Assembly: GCA_040005235.1 (NCBI GenBank)
Contig: JBDTZG010000054.1
Location: 1-36,546, forward strand
Direction: 5' to 3'
DNA length: 36,546 nt
DNA from: Acidobacteriota bacterium
GTDB taxonomy: Bacteria > Acidobacteriota > Thermoanaerobaculia > Multivoradales > UBA5704
Below, in pieces: positions 19,727 to 28,228 of this stretch (the first letter of the stretch is position 1; each line of letters starts with the position of its first letter). A program made the translations under genes and the position numbers. Under the pieces are notes generated by a model. That model made no database searches, was not told the origin of the DNA, and saw only the letters and a program-made list of their open reading frames with translations.

Positions 19727-20379
19727 GCGGAGCTCCCGTGCGGCCCGCCCACGGGGCCTCCGTTCGATCCACCGATCCGGCGCTCGTCGCCCGAGAGCAA
19801 GCGGCGCAGATTGCCGCGATGGGTCACGAACACCAGCAAAGCGAGCCCCGCCGCCGCCGTGGCATACCACGGCCCTTCCGAACGCTGCCAGCCGATCCGC
19901 TCGCACAGCACCACCCAAAGCGGCAGGGTGAGGGAAGCGCAGAGCGAGCCCAGCGAAACGTAGCGCGTGCGGGCGACGACCACCACGAACAACAGCGCGG
20001 CGAGCCCCAAGGCGGCGGGGGTGAGCACCGCCATCGCGCCCGCCGAAGCGGCGACCCCCTTGCCGCCTCGTCCGCCCAGGAACAGCGGAAAGACATGGCC
20101 GAGAACGACCGCGACCGCCGCCGCCGCGGCGAGGCCCGCCCCCGCGTTGAGCAGCCGCGCGCCGGCCACCGCGGCAGCCCCTTTGCCCAGGTCGCAGAGC
20201 AGCGCGATCATCCCCGCCTTCTTGCCCGCGATGCGCAGCGCGTTGGTCGCCCCGGCATTGCCGCTTCCCGCGGTGCGCAAATCCCGGCCCACGAGCCAGC
20301 GCACCAGCAGGTAGCTGAACGAGATCGACCCGATCACGTACGCCCCGAAAAGGATCGCCACGGTGCGCAACGCGGTCAA
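19723..20379 (-). CDS. plsY: Glycerol-3-phosphate acyltransferase PlsY
   Basis: YVIGSI, DLRTAGSGNAGATNALR, DLGKG, GHVFP...GGKGVA, YVSLGS, HRGNLRRL..G.E. Confidence 0.96.
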   Translation of the reverse strand: MTALRTVAILFGAYVIGSISFSYLLVRWLVGRDLRTAGSGNAGATNALRIAGKKAGMIALLCDLGKGAAAVAGARLLNAGAGLAAAAAVAVVLGHVFPLFLGGRGGKGVAASAGAMAVLTPAALGLAALLFVVVVARTRYVSLGSLCASLTLPLWVVLCERIGWQRSEGPWYATAAAGLALLVFVTHRGNLRRLLSGDERRIGGSNGGPVGGPHGSSA

Positions 20380-21101
20380 ACAGCCCCCTCCTCCGGACGC
20401 GGGTCGGACGGCGCCTCGTGCGATTCCTCTTCGGTCTTCTCTTCAGCCTCTTCGGCCCTTTCGGTCGCCGGCGCAATCCCGAGCGGCATGCGCAACAGCA
20501 CCTCGTGGCGGCTCCCCTGGCCTTGCGTCCCGTCGCCCCGGCTCACGATCTCTCCCAGGTGGCTACGCACGAGAACCGCCTCGGCGACCGGAAACGGCTC
20601 GCCGATCGCCCCGGAGAAAGCGGTGGTGAACGTCGCGATCGCCGGCCGCTGCCAAGGGTCGCGGCAACGCGCGATGGTGAGGTGCGGCACGAAAGGTCCC
20701 TCTTCGGAAGGATGGCCGATCGTCTCTTCGGCCATCGCGTTCAGGGCGCTGCGGAGCGCGATCAGCTCGGGGGGAGTCGAGACTCCGACCCACGCCACGC
20801 GGGCCGGCCGGGTGGGCGGAAAGGTCCCGGCGCCCGAGAGGGCGAGCGAAAACGTCGGGCTCGGCGCGCAGGCCCGCGCCAGCTCCTGGCCCAGCCAGGG
20901 AACCAGGTCGGCGGCGATGTCGCCCAAAAACAGGAGCGTTAGATGGAGCCCGCGCGGATCGACCCAGCGGGTCTTGCCGCCGGCCGAGAGCGACTCGCGC
21001 AACGGCTCGATCCGCCGGCCGACCTCGCTTTGCACGGCCTCCGGGATCTCGATCGCCACGAACAGCCGATAGGTGCCTGGCGCTACGGTCGGGACGTTCA
21101 T
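20376..21101 (-). CDS. thpR: RNA 2',3'-cyclic phosphodiesterase (2H family, LigT/ThpR), about 241 aa
   Basis: RLFVAI, two HxT motifs (LHLTLLFLG, FVPHLTIAR), RVAWVGV. ATG 21101 overlaps the cinA stop. Confidence 0.92.
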   Translation of the reverse strand: MNVPTVAPGTYRLFVAIEIPEAVQSEVGRRIEPLRESLSAGGKTRWVDPRGLHLTLLFLGDIAADLVPWLGQELARACAPSPTFSLALSGAGTFPPTRPARVAWVGVSTPPELIALRSALNAMAEETIGHPSEEGPFVPHLTIARCRDPWQRPAIATFTTAFSGAIGEPFPVAEAVLVRSHLGEIVSRGDGTQGQGSRHEVLLRMPLGIAPATERAEEAEEKTEEESHEAPSDPRPEEGAV

Positions 21102-22375
21102 CGCGCCACCTCGCCCGAGCCGAACGCCCGAGGCGGCGGCAGATCGAGCAGCCGGCGGCGGAGCATTTCGAGCGCAAGCTGGCTCGCCTGAGTGCGCACG
21201 AACTCCCGTCCGCCGGGGAAGCGCGCACGCCAGTGCTCCACGCCTGCCGGTCCGGCAAGACCCAGATGAACGGTCCCGACCGGTTTTTCTTCGCTGCCTC
21301 CGCCCGGCCCCGCGACCCCCGTGATGCTCAGCGCATAACCCGTCGCGAATCGCGAGCGCGCCCCTTCGGCCATCGCTCGCGCCACGGCCTCGGAAACCGC
21401 CCCATGCTCCGCGAGCATTTCTTCCGTGACGCCGAGCAGCCGCGTCTTCCATGCGTTCGAATAGGTCACTACGCCCCCTAGAAAATAATCGCTGCTGCCG
21501 GCAACGGCGGTGATCCGCTCGGCGAGCAGACCTCCCGTACAGGACTCGGCCACTGTGAGTGTCGTCCCCGCCGCCCGCAGCAGCTCGCCTACCACCGCGG
21601 CGAGTCCCACGTCTTCGCGATCGGAAAACACCGCGTCGCCCGCAAGCTCCTTAAGCCGCGTCGACATCTGAGCGAGCCGCGCCCGCCGCTCGACCTCCGG
21701 CCCTTCGGCCGTCGCCTCCAGCCGGATCTCGCCCGGTTTCGCGAGGATCGTGATGTTCTCGCGGCCGAATTCGGCGTACGCCGGGGCGATCATCTCTTCG
21801 ACTCCCGACTCGGGCAGGCAGGCCACCTTGAGCACCGCGGTCTCCCGCCCGACGCCGCCTGATCGGCTGCTGAGCCAGGCGTCGAGAAACGAGTCGATCA
21901 TCCCCTCCAGCTCATAGGGGACGCCAGGAAAGAGCAAGATCGTCTTGCCCTCGTGCTCGACCGACATCCCAGGCGCGGAGCCGCGCGGATTCGGGATCAC
22001 CGACCCGCCATCGATCAGCTCGGCCTGTTTGCGATTGACCGCGGGCATCACCCGTCCATAGGACCGGAACCGCGCCTCGATCCCTTCGAGCACCTCGGGC
22101 ACCAGCTTGAGACCGCGGCCGACCGCCTGGGCGACCGCCTCACGCGTCACGTCGTCGGCAGTCGGCCCCAGACCGCCAGTGATCAGAACCAGATCCGCCC
22201 GCCGTAGATGCGAAAGCACCTCGGCCGCGATTTCATCCACAGAATCGCCCGCCACCGATTTCGCCCGCAGCTCGAAGCCATAGCGGTTGAGCACGGAGGT
22301 CAACTTCAGAGAATTGGTGTCGAGCCGCCGGGTCCCGAGAAGCTCGGACCCGACCGCGAGAATGGCAGCACGCAT
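21098..22375 (-). CDS. cinA: CinA-family protein (molybdopterin-binding-like/ADPR-pyrophosphatase domain plus PncC NMN deamidase), about 425 aa
   Basis: AVGSELLG...DTN, GGLGPTADDVTR, GSAPG, PGVPYE, VAESCTGG, GVVTYSN..K, HGAVS, SITGVAGPGGG..EKPVGTV. Start ATG 22375. Confidence 0.95.
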   Translation of the reverse strand: MRAAILAVGSELLGTRRLDTNSLKLTSVLNRYGFELRAKSVAGDSVDEIAAEVLSHLRRADLVLITGGLGPTADDVTREAVAQAVGRGLKLVPEVLEGIEARFRSYGRVMPAVNRKQAELIDGGSVIPNPRGSAPGMSVEHEGKTILLFPGVPYELEGMIDSFLDAWLSSRSGGVGRETAVLKVACLPESGVEEMIAPAYAEFGRENITILAKPGEIRLEATAEGPEVERRARLAQMSTRLKELAGDAVFSDREDVGLAAVVGELLRAAGTTLTVAESCTGGLLAERITAVAGSSDYFLGGVVTYSNAWKTRLLGVTEEMLAEHGAVSEAVARAMAEGARSRFATGYALSITGVAGPGGGSEEKPVGTVHLGLAGPAGVEHWRARFPGGREFVRTQASQLALEMLRRRLLDLPPPRAFGSGEVAR

Positions 22376-22545
22376 GGCGGGATGATAGCGCAGGGGGTGA
22401 CCGGGGGCTGGCGGGAGGAAGCACCGGCAGGGCCGAGCCGGCGTTACGGGCTCGAAATATCCGTGGCGAGCGGTGCGACTTGTAACAAAGCGGCATCCCC
22501 CTCGCCGGTCTTTATAGCTGGCCAACCCGTTCGAGGAGGGGTTAT

Positions 22546-25500
22546 ATGAGCCGAATTCGCCGATCCTTCGTGCTGTTGCCCTGGATCGCTCTGTCCGCCC
22601 TCGCCGCGCCCGCAACCGCTTCGATCGAGGGCTCGACCTGGTTTCCGCTCGGCCCGGCGCCGATCGACGGCTTTTTTGCCGGCGGCGCCACCGGCCGGGC
22701 TTCGGCGATCGCGGTCAATCCCGCCAACGCCAACGAGGTCTGGCTCGGCACGGCCGCCGGCGGCGTCTGGCACTCGCTCGACTCCGGCGCGAACTGGGAG
22801 CCGGAAACGGATCGCGAGGATGCCCTTGCGATCGGCGCCCTGGCGCTCGACGACTGCAACGCCTCGGGCTGCGCCGTGATCTACGCCGCGACGGGAGAAA
22901 ACGCGATCCGGCGCGACACCTACTACGGTGCGGGACTCTTGATCGGCCAGTCGAGCGGCGGTGAAATCCCTATTTTCGGCTGGACGCAGCGCACCGGCAC
23001 GCCGTTCGATTTCCGGCAAGGATCGCTCAACGACGTGGTGCTCGATCCGGACACCTCGGGTGCCACTAAGCGAATCTTCGTCACGCTTTCGAGCGGCACC
23101 ACTCTGGGCGCCCCGGAATCGACCGTCACCGCGCCGGCTCCGGCGAGCGGCTTCGGCATCTTCCGCTCCGACGACAACGGCGCGAACTGGACGCAGGTCT
23201 CGGTGCCCGGGTCGAACGGCGCGAAGCCCACCGACTTGAAGATGCACCCGACCGACCCCCTCACCCTGTTCGCCGGTTTTCTCGGCCGCGGGGTCTTTCG
23301 TTCGACCAACGGCGGCGCGAACTGGTGCCCGCTGAACGCGGGGATCGCGCTCCCCCCCGGCTGCCCGGCCCAAAGCCTGCCGAACGTCGGCACCACGACG
23401 TTCGACCACGTCGAGATCGCGATCGCGCCGAGCAATCCGCTGGTGGTCTACGCCACGTTCGGAATGTGCGCGGACCGGCTGATCCAAAACTGCCAGCCGT
23501 CGATTTTCCGCTCCCCGGACGGCGGCGCCACCTGGGCGGCGAAGCTCGTCGGCAACCCGAACGACGGCGGCGGCTTCCAATCCGGCTACAGCCGCTACAC
23601 CCACGCCCTGACGGTCGACCCGACCAACCCGGACGTGCTGTTCCTCGGCGGCGTGGCGCTCTGGCGTTCGAGCAACGGCGGCACCTCGTTCGTCCTCTCC
23701 GACGCGAGCCTCGCGCCCGGGCCAGGCAACCAGGTGATCCATTCCGACCATCACGAGGTGGTGTTTCATCCGACCTCGACCACCCGGGCTTATTCGACCG
23801 GCGACGGCGGGTTCGCGACCTCGATCGACGGCGGCCTGCATTGGACGCCGCGCAACGACGACCTGCAGATCACGGGATTCCAGAGCATCGCCTCCTCCCC
23901 CTTGACCACCGCGGTGATCGGCGCCTCCCAGGACAACGCGGCGCAGCTCTTCTCCGGCAGCCGGCGCTGGAGGCACCTCCCCTGTTGCGGCGACGGCGGC
24001 TACTCGTTCCTCGACTTCGACAACGCGCTCCGGATGTACGCCGGCACCAACTTCGGCGCCCTCGAACGCTCGGACGACGGCGGAAACTTCTGGACCGGCA
24101 TCAACACCGGCATTCCGTCCACCGATCCGCGGCTGTTCTACGCCCCGTTCGTCCAGGCTCCCTCGGGCGCCCATCCGCTCTTCTTCGGCACCAATCGGCT
24201 GTTCCGCAGCACCAACGACGGCGGATCCTGGACCGACGTGAGCCCGGTGCTCGCCGTCGGCGCATCGACCGAGATCGTGACCGCGAATTCGACCGCGGCG
24301 CACGTCGCGGCGGGCACGGGACAGAACGTGATCACCGCGATCGGCGTGGCGCCGAGCGACAGCAACCAGGTCTACGTCGGCTACTACCTGGGCCAGGTGT
24401 TCCGCTCGAACGGCCCGCCCTGCAACACGCTCGCCTGCTGGACCAACATTACGACCGGCCTGCCCGCGGCGCCGGTCTCGCGCATCGCCGTCCATCCGAC
24501 GCAGCCGGGCACGGTCTACGTCACCTTCTCGGGATTCGGCACCTTCCCGCGGGTGTGGAAATCCACCACCTCCGGCTCCACTTGGAACGCGGTGTCGACC
24601 GGCCTGCCGGCCGGGATTCCGGCGATCACCGTGAGCATCGAGCCGAGCGTGCCGGAGCGGGTCTACGTCGGCCTCGACAGCGGACCGGACGGCGCGAGCC
24701 TGTTCCGCAGCACGACCGGCGGCGGCTCATTCTCGGCGTTTTCGACCGGCCTGCCCAACGCGCCGATCGACGAGATCTCGATCGACGAAACCCACGGCCG
24801 GATGTACGCCGGGACCCACGGCCGCGGCGCCTTCGTGCTCGGCAAGCCGTTCATCAGCAATTTCGAGGGGTGCATCGGCGGCAGCGTCTGGGACATCCCC
24901 GTCTACGGCCACAATTTCCTGCCCAGCCAGCCGACCTGCAAGCTCTCGGTGCTCCAGAGCAACGGCTCGATCTGCGCCACCGGCACGGTCGACGTGATGG
25001 GCGGCACGATCCGCACCAGCGCGGCCGGCGAGCTGGAAACCAGCCGGCTCAACATGTGGAACGGCAAGCAGGTCGCCTGGGCCTGCTTCAACGGCGACTG
25101 CGTGGGCGGCATGCCGATCGAGGAATGCAACGACGACGCGGACGGCGACGGCGATCGCGATCCCCTGTCGACAATTGTGGTCGCCTGCGGCGCCGAGCTG
25201 GCGATCGCGACGGTGACCGGCTGCCCGGCGCTCGACAATCCGCCGAGCAGCTTCGTCGAGCTGGGCGTCTCCGGTTTCCCTTCTCTTTTGGGCAGCGGAG
25301 CTGGCGGTTTTGCGGCAGTCGAGCTGCCCGCCGACCGCGGTTTCGGCGCCAACGGCGCCAACCTGAACCGAGAAGGTGGGGTCCTCCACCTCGTCGCGAG
25401 CGTGCAACGCGCCCTGGGGACCGAATCGCTCTGCGCGGTCGCCGTTCCCTACCAGTTGGGCGAATCGGACGAGGAGGTGCTCGCTCGCGCCCGGGATGCG

Positions 25501-26793
25501 GTGAACGCCAGCCCGACCTGCGCGGCGAACGGCGTGCAAGCGCTGCTCGACCCCGGCAACCCGGGCTCGTCGGAAGACCAATTCCCGCGCCGGCCGCGTC
25601 TCCTGCTGCGCGCGCCCGGTCTCTCCGGCAGCCAGCTGATCACCGCGCTCCACACCGACCCGGGCAAGACCGTCGGCTCCTGCGTGCGGATCGACGGCGT
25701 GGGCGTGCCGGTCCTGCACCAGATCCAGGTGCTGAAGCTGACCTTTACCACGCCGCCCGAAGGCGCCGCCGGCGGCGGTCTCACGCTGGTCGAGCAGACC
25801 CCGCTGGGAGCCTGCTCGCTGGAGATTCCAACCACCATCGGGGAGAGCGGCGCCCAGATCGCCGGGGCGGTCGACGCCGCGGTCCATGCGCCCGGCATCC
25901 CCGGCCCGCATCCCGGCTGCCCCTCGGAGCGCAACGCCCGCGACATCACGAGCCGGATGGGTTTCCTGCTCGCGGTCGAGTCGTCCTCCGTCGAGCTGTG
26001 CATCCGCGATTCAAAAGTCGGCTTCGACATCCGCACCAAGGATCTGATGAACGCCCATCCGATCGCCGACGCCGGAGACGACCGGGTGCTCGGCACCGGC
26101 CCGGTCGCCCTCGACGGCTCGCAGAGCGCCGACCCCGACTCGACCCCGGGAACGCACGACGACATCCTGACCTTCGAATGGTTCGACGTGACGACCGGTT
26201 CCCCGGTCTCCCTCGGTACCGGCGAAACTCTTTCGATTCCGCTTGGGCCAGGTCTCCATCGCATCCGCCTGCGCGCAACGGATAAAGGAGGATTGGCCGA
26301 TACGAACGAAATCCTGGTCACGGTCGGAGGAGTCGGAGGGGGCGGAGGGGGTGGAGCGAACAGCCTCTGGCTCGGCAGCTTCCACGTCGGTTCCACCCAT
26401 CCGCTGGGCGACCTGAACAAGATCGCCGACGCCAACATCCACGTCCGCGCCGACCTCGCCTACCGCCTGACCGACCGCGTCCGGCTCGACCTTCAAGCGG
26501 GGTTCTCCCAGCTCACCGCCCAATCCAGCGCGGGGATCGATCATCCCCACTTCTTCAACCTCTCGCTCGACGGCCAGCTCCTCTTCCCGCAACCGAGCGG
26601 CAACGCCTTCTTCCTCGAAGCCGGCCCCGGCATTTACTGGCCGAACGGCGGAGGCTCCAATCTCGGCTTCAACCTCGGGCTCGGCTACCGGTTGCCGATC
26701 TCGACCCGCCACACACTGGAGCTCGGCGCGGACTACCACCGAATTTCGAGCCGGGAAGAATTCGTGACGCTGGCGCTGGGGGTGCTGTTCTAA
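22546..26793 (+). CDS. Large exported protein: BNR/Asp-box (VPS10/sortilin-like) beta-propellers, Cys-rich domain, PKD-like domain, Gly linker and C-terminal outer-membrane beta-barrel
   Basis: RBS GAGGAGG; signal peptide; about 10 SxDxGxxW/F boxes; propeller end AGTHGRGAF; DDADGDGDRD; PKD motif PIADAGDD..LDGSQSADPD..FEW..RLRATD; GGVGGGGGGG; eight amphipathic strands ending in Phe. Confidence 0.85.
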   Translation: MSRIRRSFVLLPWIALSALAAPATASIEGSTWFPLGPAPIDGFFAGGATGRASAIAVNPANANEVWLGTAAGGVWHSLDSGANWEPETDREDALAIGALALDDCNASGCAVIYAATGENAIRRDTYYGAGLLIGQSSGGEIPIFGWTQRTGTPFDFRQGSLNDVVLDPDTSGATKRIFVTLSSGTTLGAPESTVTAPAPASGFGIFRSDDNGANWTQVSVPGSNGAKPTDLKMHPTDPLTLFAGFLGRGVFRSTNGGANWCPLNAGIALPPGCPAQSLPNVGTTTFDHVEIAIAPSNPLVVYATFGMCADRLIQNCQPSIFRSPDGGATWAAKLVGNPNDGGGFQSGYSRYTHALTVDPTNPDVLFLGGVALWRSSNGGTSFVLSDASLAPGPGNQVIHSDHHEVVFHPTSTTRAYSTGDGGFATSIDGGLHWTPRNDDLQITGFQSIASSPLTTAVIGASQDNAAQLFSGSRRWRHLPCCGDGGYSFLDFDNALRMYAGTNFGALERSDDGGNFWTGINTGIPSTDPRLFYAPFVQAPSGAHPLFFGTNRLFRSTNDGGSWTDVSPVLAVGASTEIVTANSTAAHVAAGTGQNVITAIGVAPSDSNQVYVGYYLGQVFRSNGPPCNTLACWTNITTGLPAAPVSRIAVHPTQPGTVYVTFSGFGTFPRVWKSTTSGSTWNAVSTGLPAGIPAITVSIEPSVPERVYVGLDSGPDGASLFRSTTGGGSFSAFSTGLPNAPIDEISIDETHGRMYAGTHGRGAFVLGKPFISNFEGCIGGSVWDIPVYGHNFLPSQPTCKLSVLQSNGSICATGTVDVMGGTIRTSAAGELETSRLNMWNGKQVAWACFNGDCVGGMPIEECNDDADGDGDRDPLSTIVVACGAELAIATVTGCPALDNPPSSFVELGVSGFPSLLGSGAGGFAAVELPADRGFGANGANLNREGGVLHLVASVQRALGTESLCAVAVPYQLGESDEEVLARARDAVNASPTCAANGVQALLDPGNPGSSEDQFPRRPRLLLRAPGLSGSQLITALHTDPGKTVGSCVRIDGVGVPVLHQIQVLKLTFTTPPEGAAGGGLTLVEQTPLGACSLEIPTTIGESGAQIAGAVDAAVHAPGIPGPHPGCPSERNARDITSRMGFLLAVESSSVELCIRDSKVGFDIRTKDLMNAHPIADAGDDRVLGTGPVALDGSQSADPDSTPGTHDDILTFEWFDVTTGSPVSLGTGETLSIPLGPGLHRIRLRATDKGGLADTNEILVTVGGVGGGGGGGANSLWLGSFHVGSTHPLGDLNKIADANIHVRADLAYRLTDRVRLDLQAGFSQLTAQSSAGIDHPHFFNLSLDGQLLFPQPSGNAFFLEAGPGIYWPNGGGSNLGFNLGLGYRLPISTRHTLELGADYHRISSREEFVTLALGVLF

Positions 26794-26818
26794 AAGCGAG
26801 GCGAGCCGAAAGGATCGC

Positions 26819-26857
26819 GAACGGCAGGCCGGCCCCGGGCTCGCCTGCCGTTCTTTC
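26819..26857. terminator. Intrinsic terminator between convergent genes
   Basis: GAACGGCAGGC (26819-29) / GCCTGCCGTTC (26843-53) is a perfect 11-bp stem, followed by TTTC. Confidence 0.65.
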
Positions 26858-26861
26858 GACG

Positions 26862-27059
26862 CTACGGGCCGAGCTTCGAAGATCCTGAGACCGCCGGATC
26901 GCGATCGAAAACCCCGTGGGAGTAGAGCGCCTCGTCGAGGTCGTTCGTGGCCTGCGCCTGCAGCAGCCAGAGGTTCCAGTAGGCGATCAACTCGTCTTCG
27001 GTCAGGTTGCGAAGGTCGAGGTCTTCTTCGCTCAGGAACTCATCTCGCATTTCGATCAT
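26862..27059 (-). CDS. Small acidic hypothetical protein (65 aa), candidate partner of the upstream nucleotidyltransferase
   Basis: ATGA overlap with the upstream gene; non-shadow composition (DEFLSEEDLDLRNLTEDELIAYWNLWLLQAQATND...YSHGVF); ends just before the terminator. Confidence 0.7.
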   Translation of the reverse strand: MIEMRDEFLSEEDLDLRNLTEDELIAYWNLWLLQAQATNDLDEALYSHGVFDRDPAVSGSSKLGP

Positions 27060-27868
27060 GGCGCGCCTCTCGCTACCGGGTCGGCGGGTTGGTAGGGAAG
27101 GACCCCCTCGGCCCGCGTTACCAAGTGGGCGTGCGCTTCGTGGAGATCAAGACCCTCGATCTCTCGGTGCACCTCGGGCCAAATCGCCGCCCAAGGCTCC
27201 GCGGCGGTCAAATAGCGGGCGAGGCGCTCCTCGTTGGCACGCATGAGGACACGACGCTCCCGGTCGAGAGCTTCGTCCAGGACTTCCCGACCTTCGGCGA
27301 TCTGGTGGAGCAGCGGTCTTTGTGCGGCCAGATCCATCAACGCTTCAGGATGCCGTTCGGCAAGCTCGATCAGATCGCGGCTGCTGCGGGAGTAGAGCAG
27401 TTGGGCGTGCGGGTCGGTCATCAGGCGGGCCAACTCTCCGACCACCGCGTAGTCTTTTTCTCGGTTGGTCAGTTTGAGTGCGGCCAGAGGTTCCACACCG
27501 ACGACCTCGTGGCCCGTCGCCTCCGCGTCCGCCCACATTCGAGCCAGGCGATCCGGATCGATCCGCGGCGGACGGGAAACGAAGTCGGTCCTCAGGCGAA
27601 GATCCTGGCGGCGGATTTCGAGGTGAGCGCTCCAGCCCCCTTCAAGCCAGCGGGGATCGAGCGGCGCCCCGAAGCGATAGCGGGCTCCTTCGCTCGCCAG
27701 AACCTTGAGGACGTGTTCGAACGCTTCCGGGTCTTCCCGCAAAATCCAGTCGCCGTCCTTGCTCATGATCGCCAGGCGGTGAACGACGACCGCCTGACCC
27801 GAGCTGAGCAGCGCCCGCATGCGCCCCTGATTGAAGTCGGCGGTCAGATTGAGGTACGGGTTGTCCAT
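27056..27868 (-). CDS. Uncharacterised DNA-pol-beta-superfamily nucleotidyltransferase-like protein (AbiEii/DUF6036-like motifs), about 270 aa
   Basis: SGQAVVVHR..MSKDGD matches Gx[A/S]...DxD; a later strand RTDFV could supply the third Asp; LAALKLTNREKDY matches the K...R.KD motif; helical C-terminus. Start ATG 27868 with TATACT 11 nt upstream. Confidence 0.65.
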   Translation of the reverse strand: MDNPYLNLTADFNQGRMRALLSSGQAVVVHRLAIMSKDGDWILREDPEAFEHVLKVLASEGARYRFGAPLDPRWLEGGWSAHLEIRRQDLRLRTDFVSRPPRIDPDRLARMWADAEATGHEVVGVEPLAALKLTNREKDYAVVGELARLMTDPHAQLLYSRSSRDLIELAERHPEALMDLAAQRPLLHQIAEGREVLDEALDRERRVLMRANEERLARYLTAAEPWAAIWPEVHREIEGLDLHEAHAHLVTRAEGVLPYQPADPVARGAP

Positions 27869-28006
27869 CGGCGAGGGCCAGTATATCGGCGCACCCTGCG
27901 TCAGCGGCTCATCCGTAAAGACCCCGAAATTCTTGGAGTCTGAACCCCACCCATCGGTTCGGCTACACTCGGCGCCGCCAACAGGCCGGAGGCGCCCCCC
28001 AACCTG

Positions 28007-28066
28007 ATGTCTCATGCTCACCCCCACTCCCATTCCCACGCGCCGAAAGACTTCGGTCGGGCGTTT
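28007..28066 (+). pseudogene. 5' remnant of a cation-diffusion-facilitator (CzcD/ZitB-like) gene
   Basis: TACACT (27964-69) and GGAGG upstream; MSHAHPHSHSHAPKDFGRAF matches the His-rich N-terminus of CDF transporters. The expected TM1 is absent and the frame turns into non-homologous sequence, stopping at 28216. Confidence 0.5.
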
Positions 28067-28228
28067 GTTTCGAACGCGGTAGATTTGCGACGGATCACCG
28101 TCAATTCACCTGGCAGAATCGTGCTCCGGGAACACCGATCTTCGGATCGCGCTCTGTCAGCTCGCTCCGGAACACGAGGAGCGGATGCGCGAGCTGATCC
28201 GCGAGGAGCTGGCTAAAGCCAAGGGATA

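Noticed and set aside
19727-20476. Apparent N-terminal extension or fusion on gpsA (594-aa ORF); likewise the extensions on thpR, cinA and the OmpA protein
   Set aside because: The extensions are alternate frames of the upstream genes. True starts are marked by 4-nt stop/start overlaps or a proximal -10 box.
22481-22515. Possible ECF-sigma promoter (TGTAAC ... GTCT) before the 1415-aa gene
   Set aside because: The spacer is about 21 nt, longer than the usual 16-17, so it is not supportable.
23325-26285. 986-aa + strand ORF, and the 683-aa, 394-aa and 329-aa - strand ORFs, overlapping the 1415-aa gene
   Set aside because: They are Arg/Pro/Gly-rich or antisense shadow frames expected from high-GC codon bias, with no motifs. 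The same applies to most other overlapping ORFs in the track (e.g. 1070-2482, 3947-5299, 29211-30869, 34977-36326).
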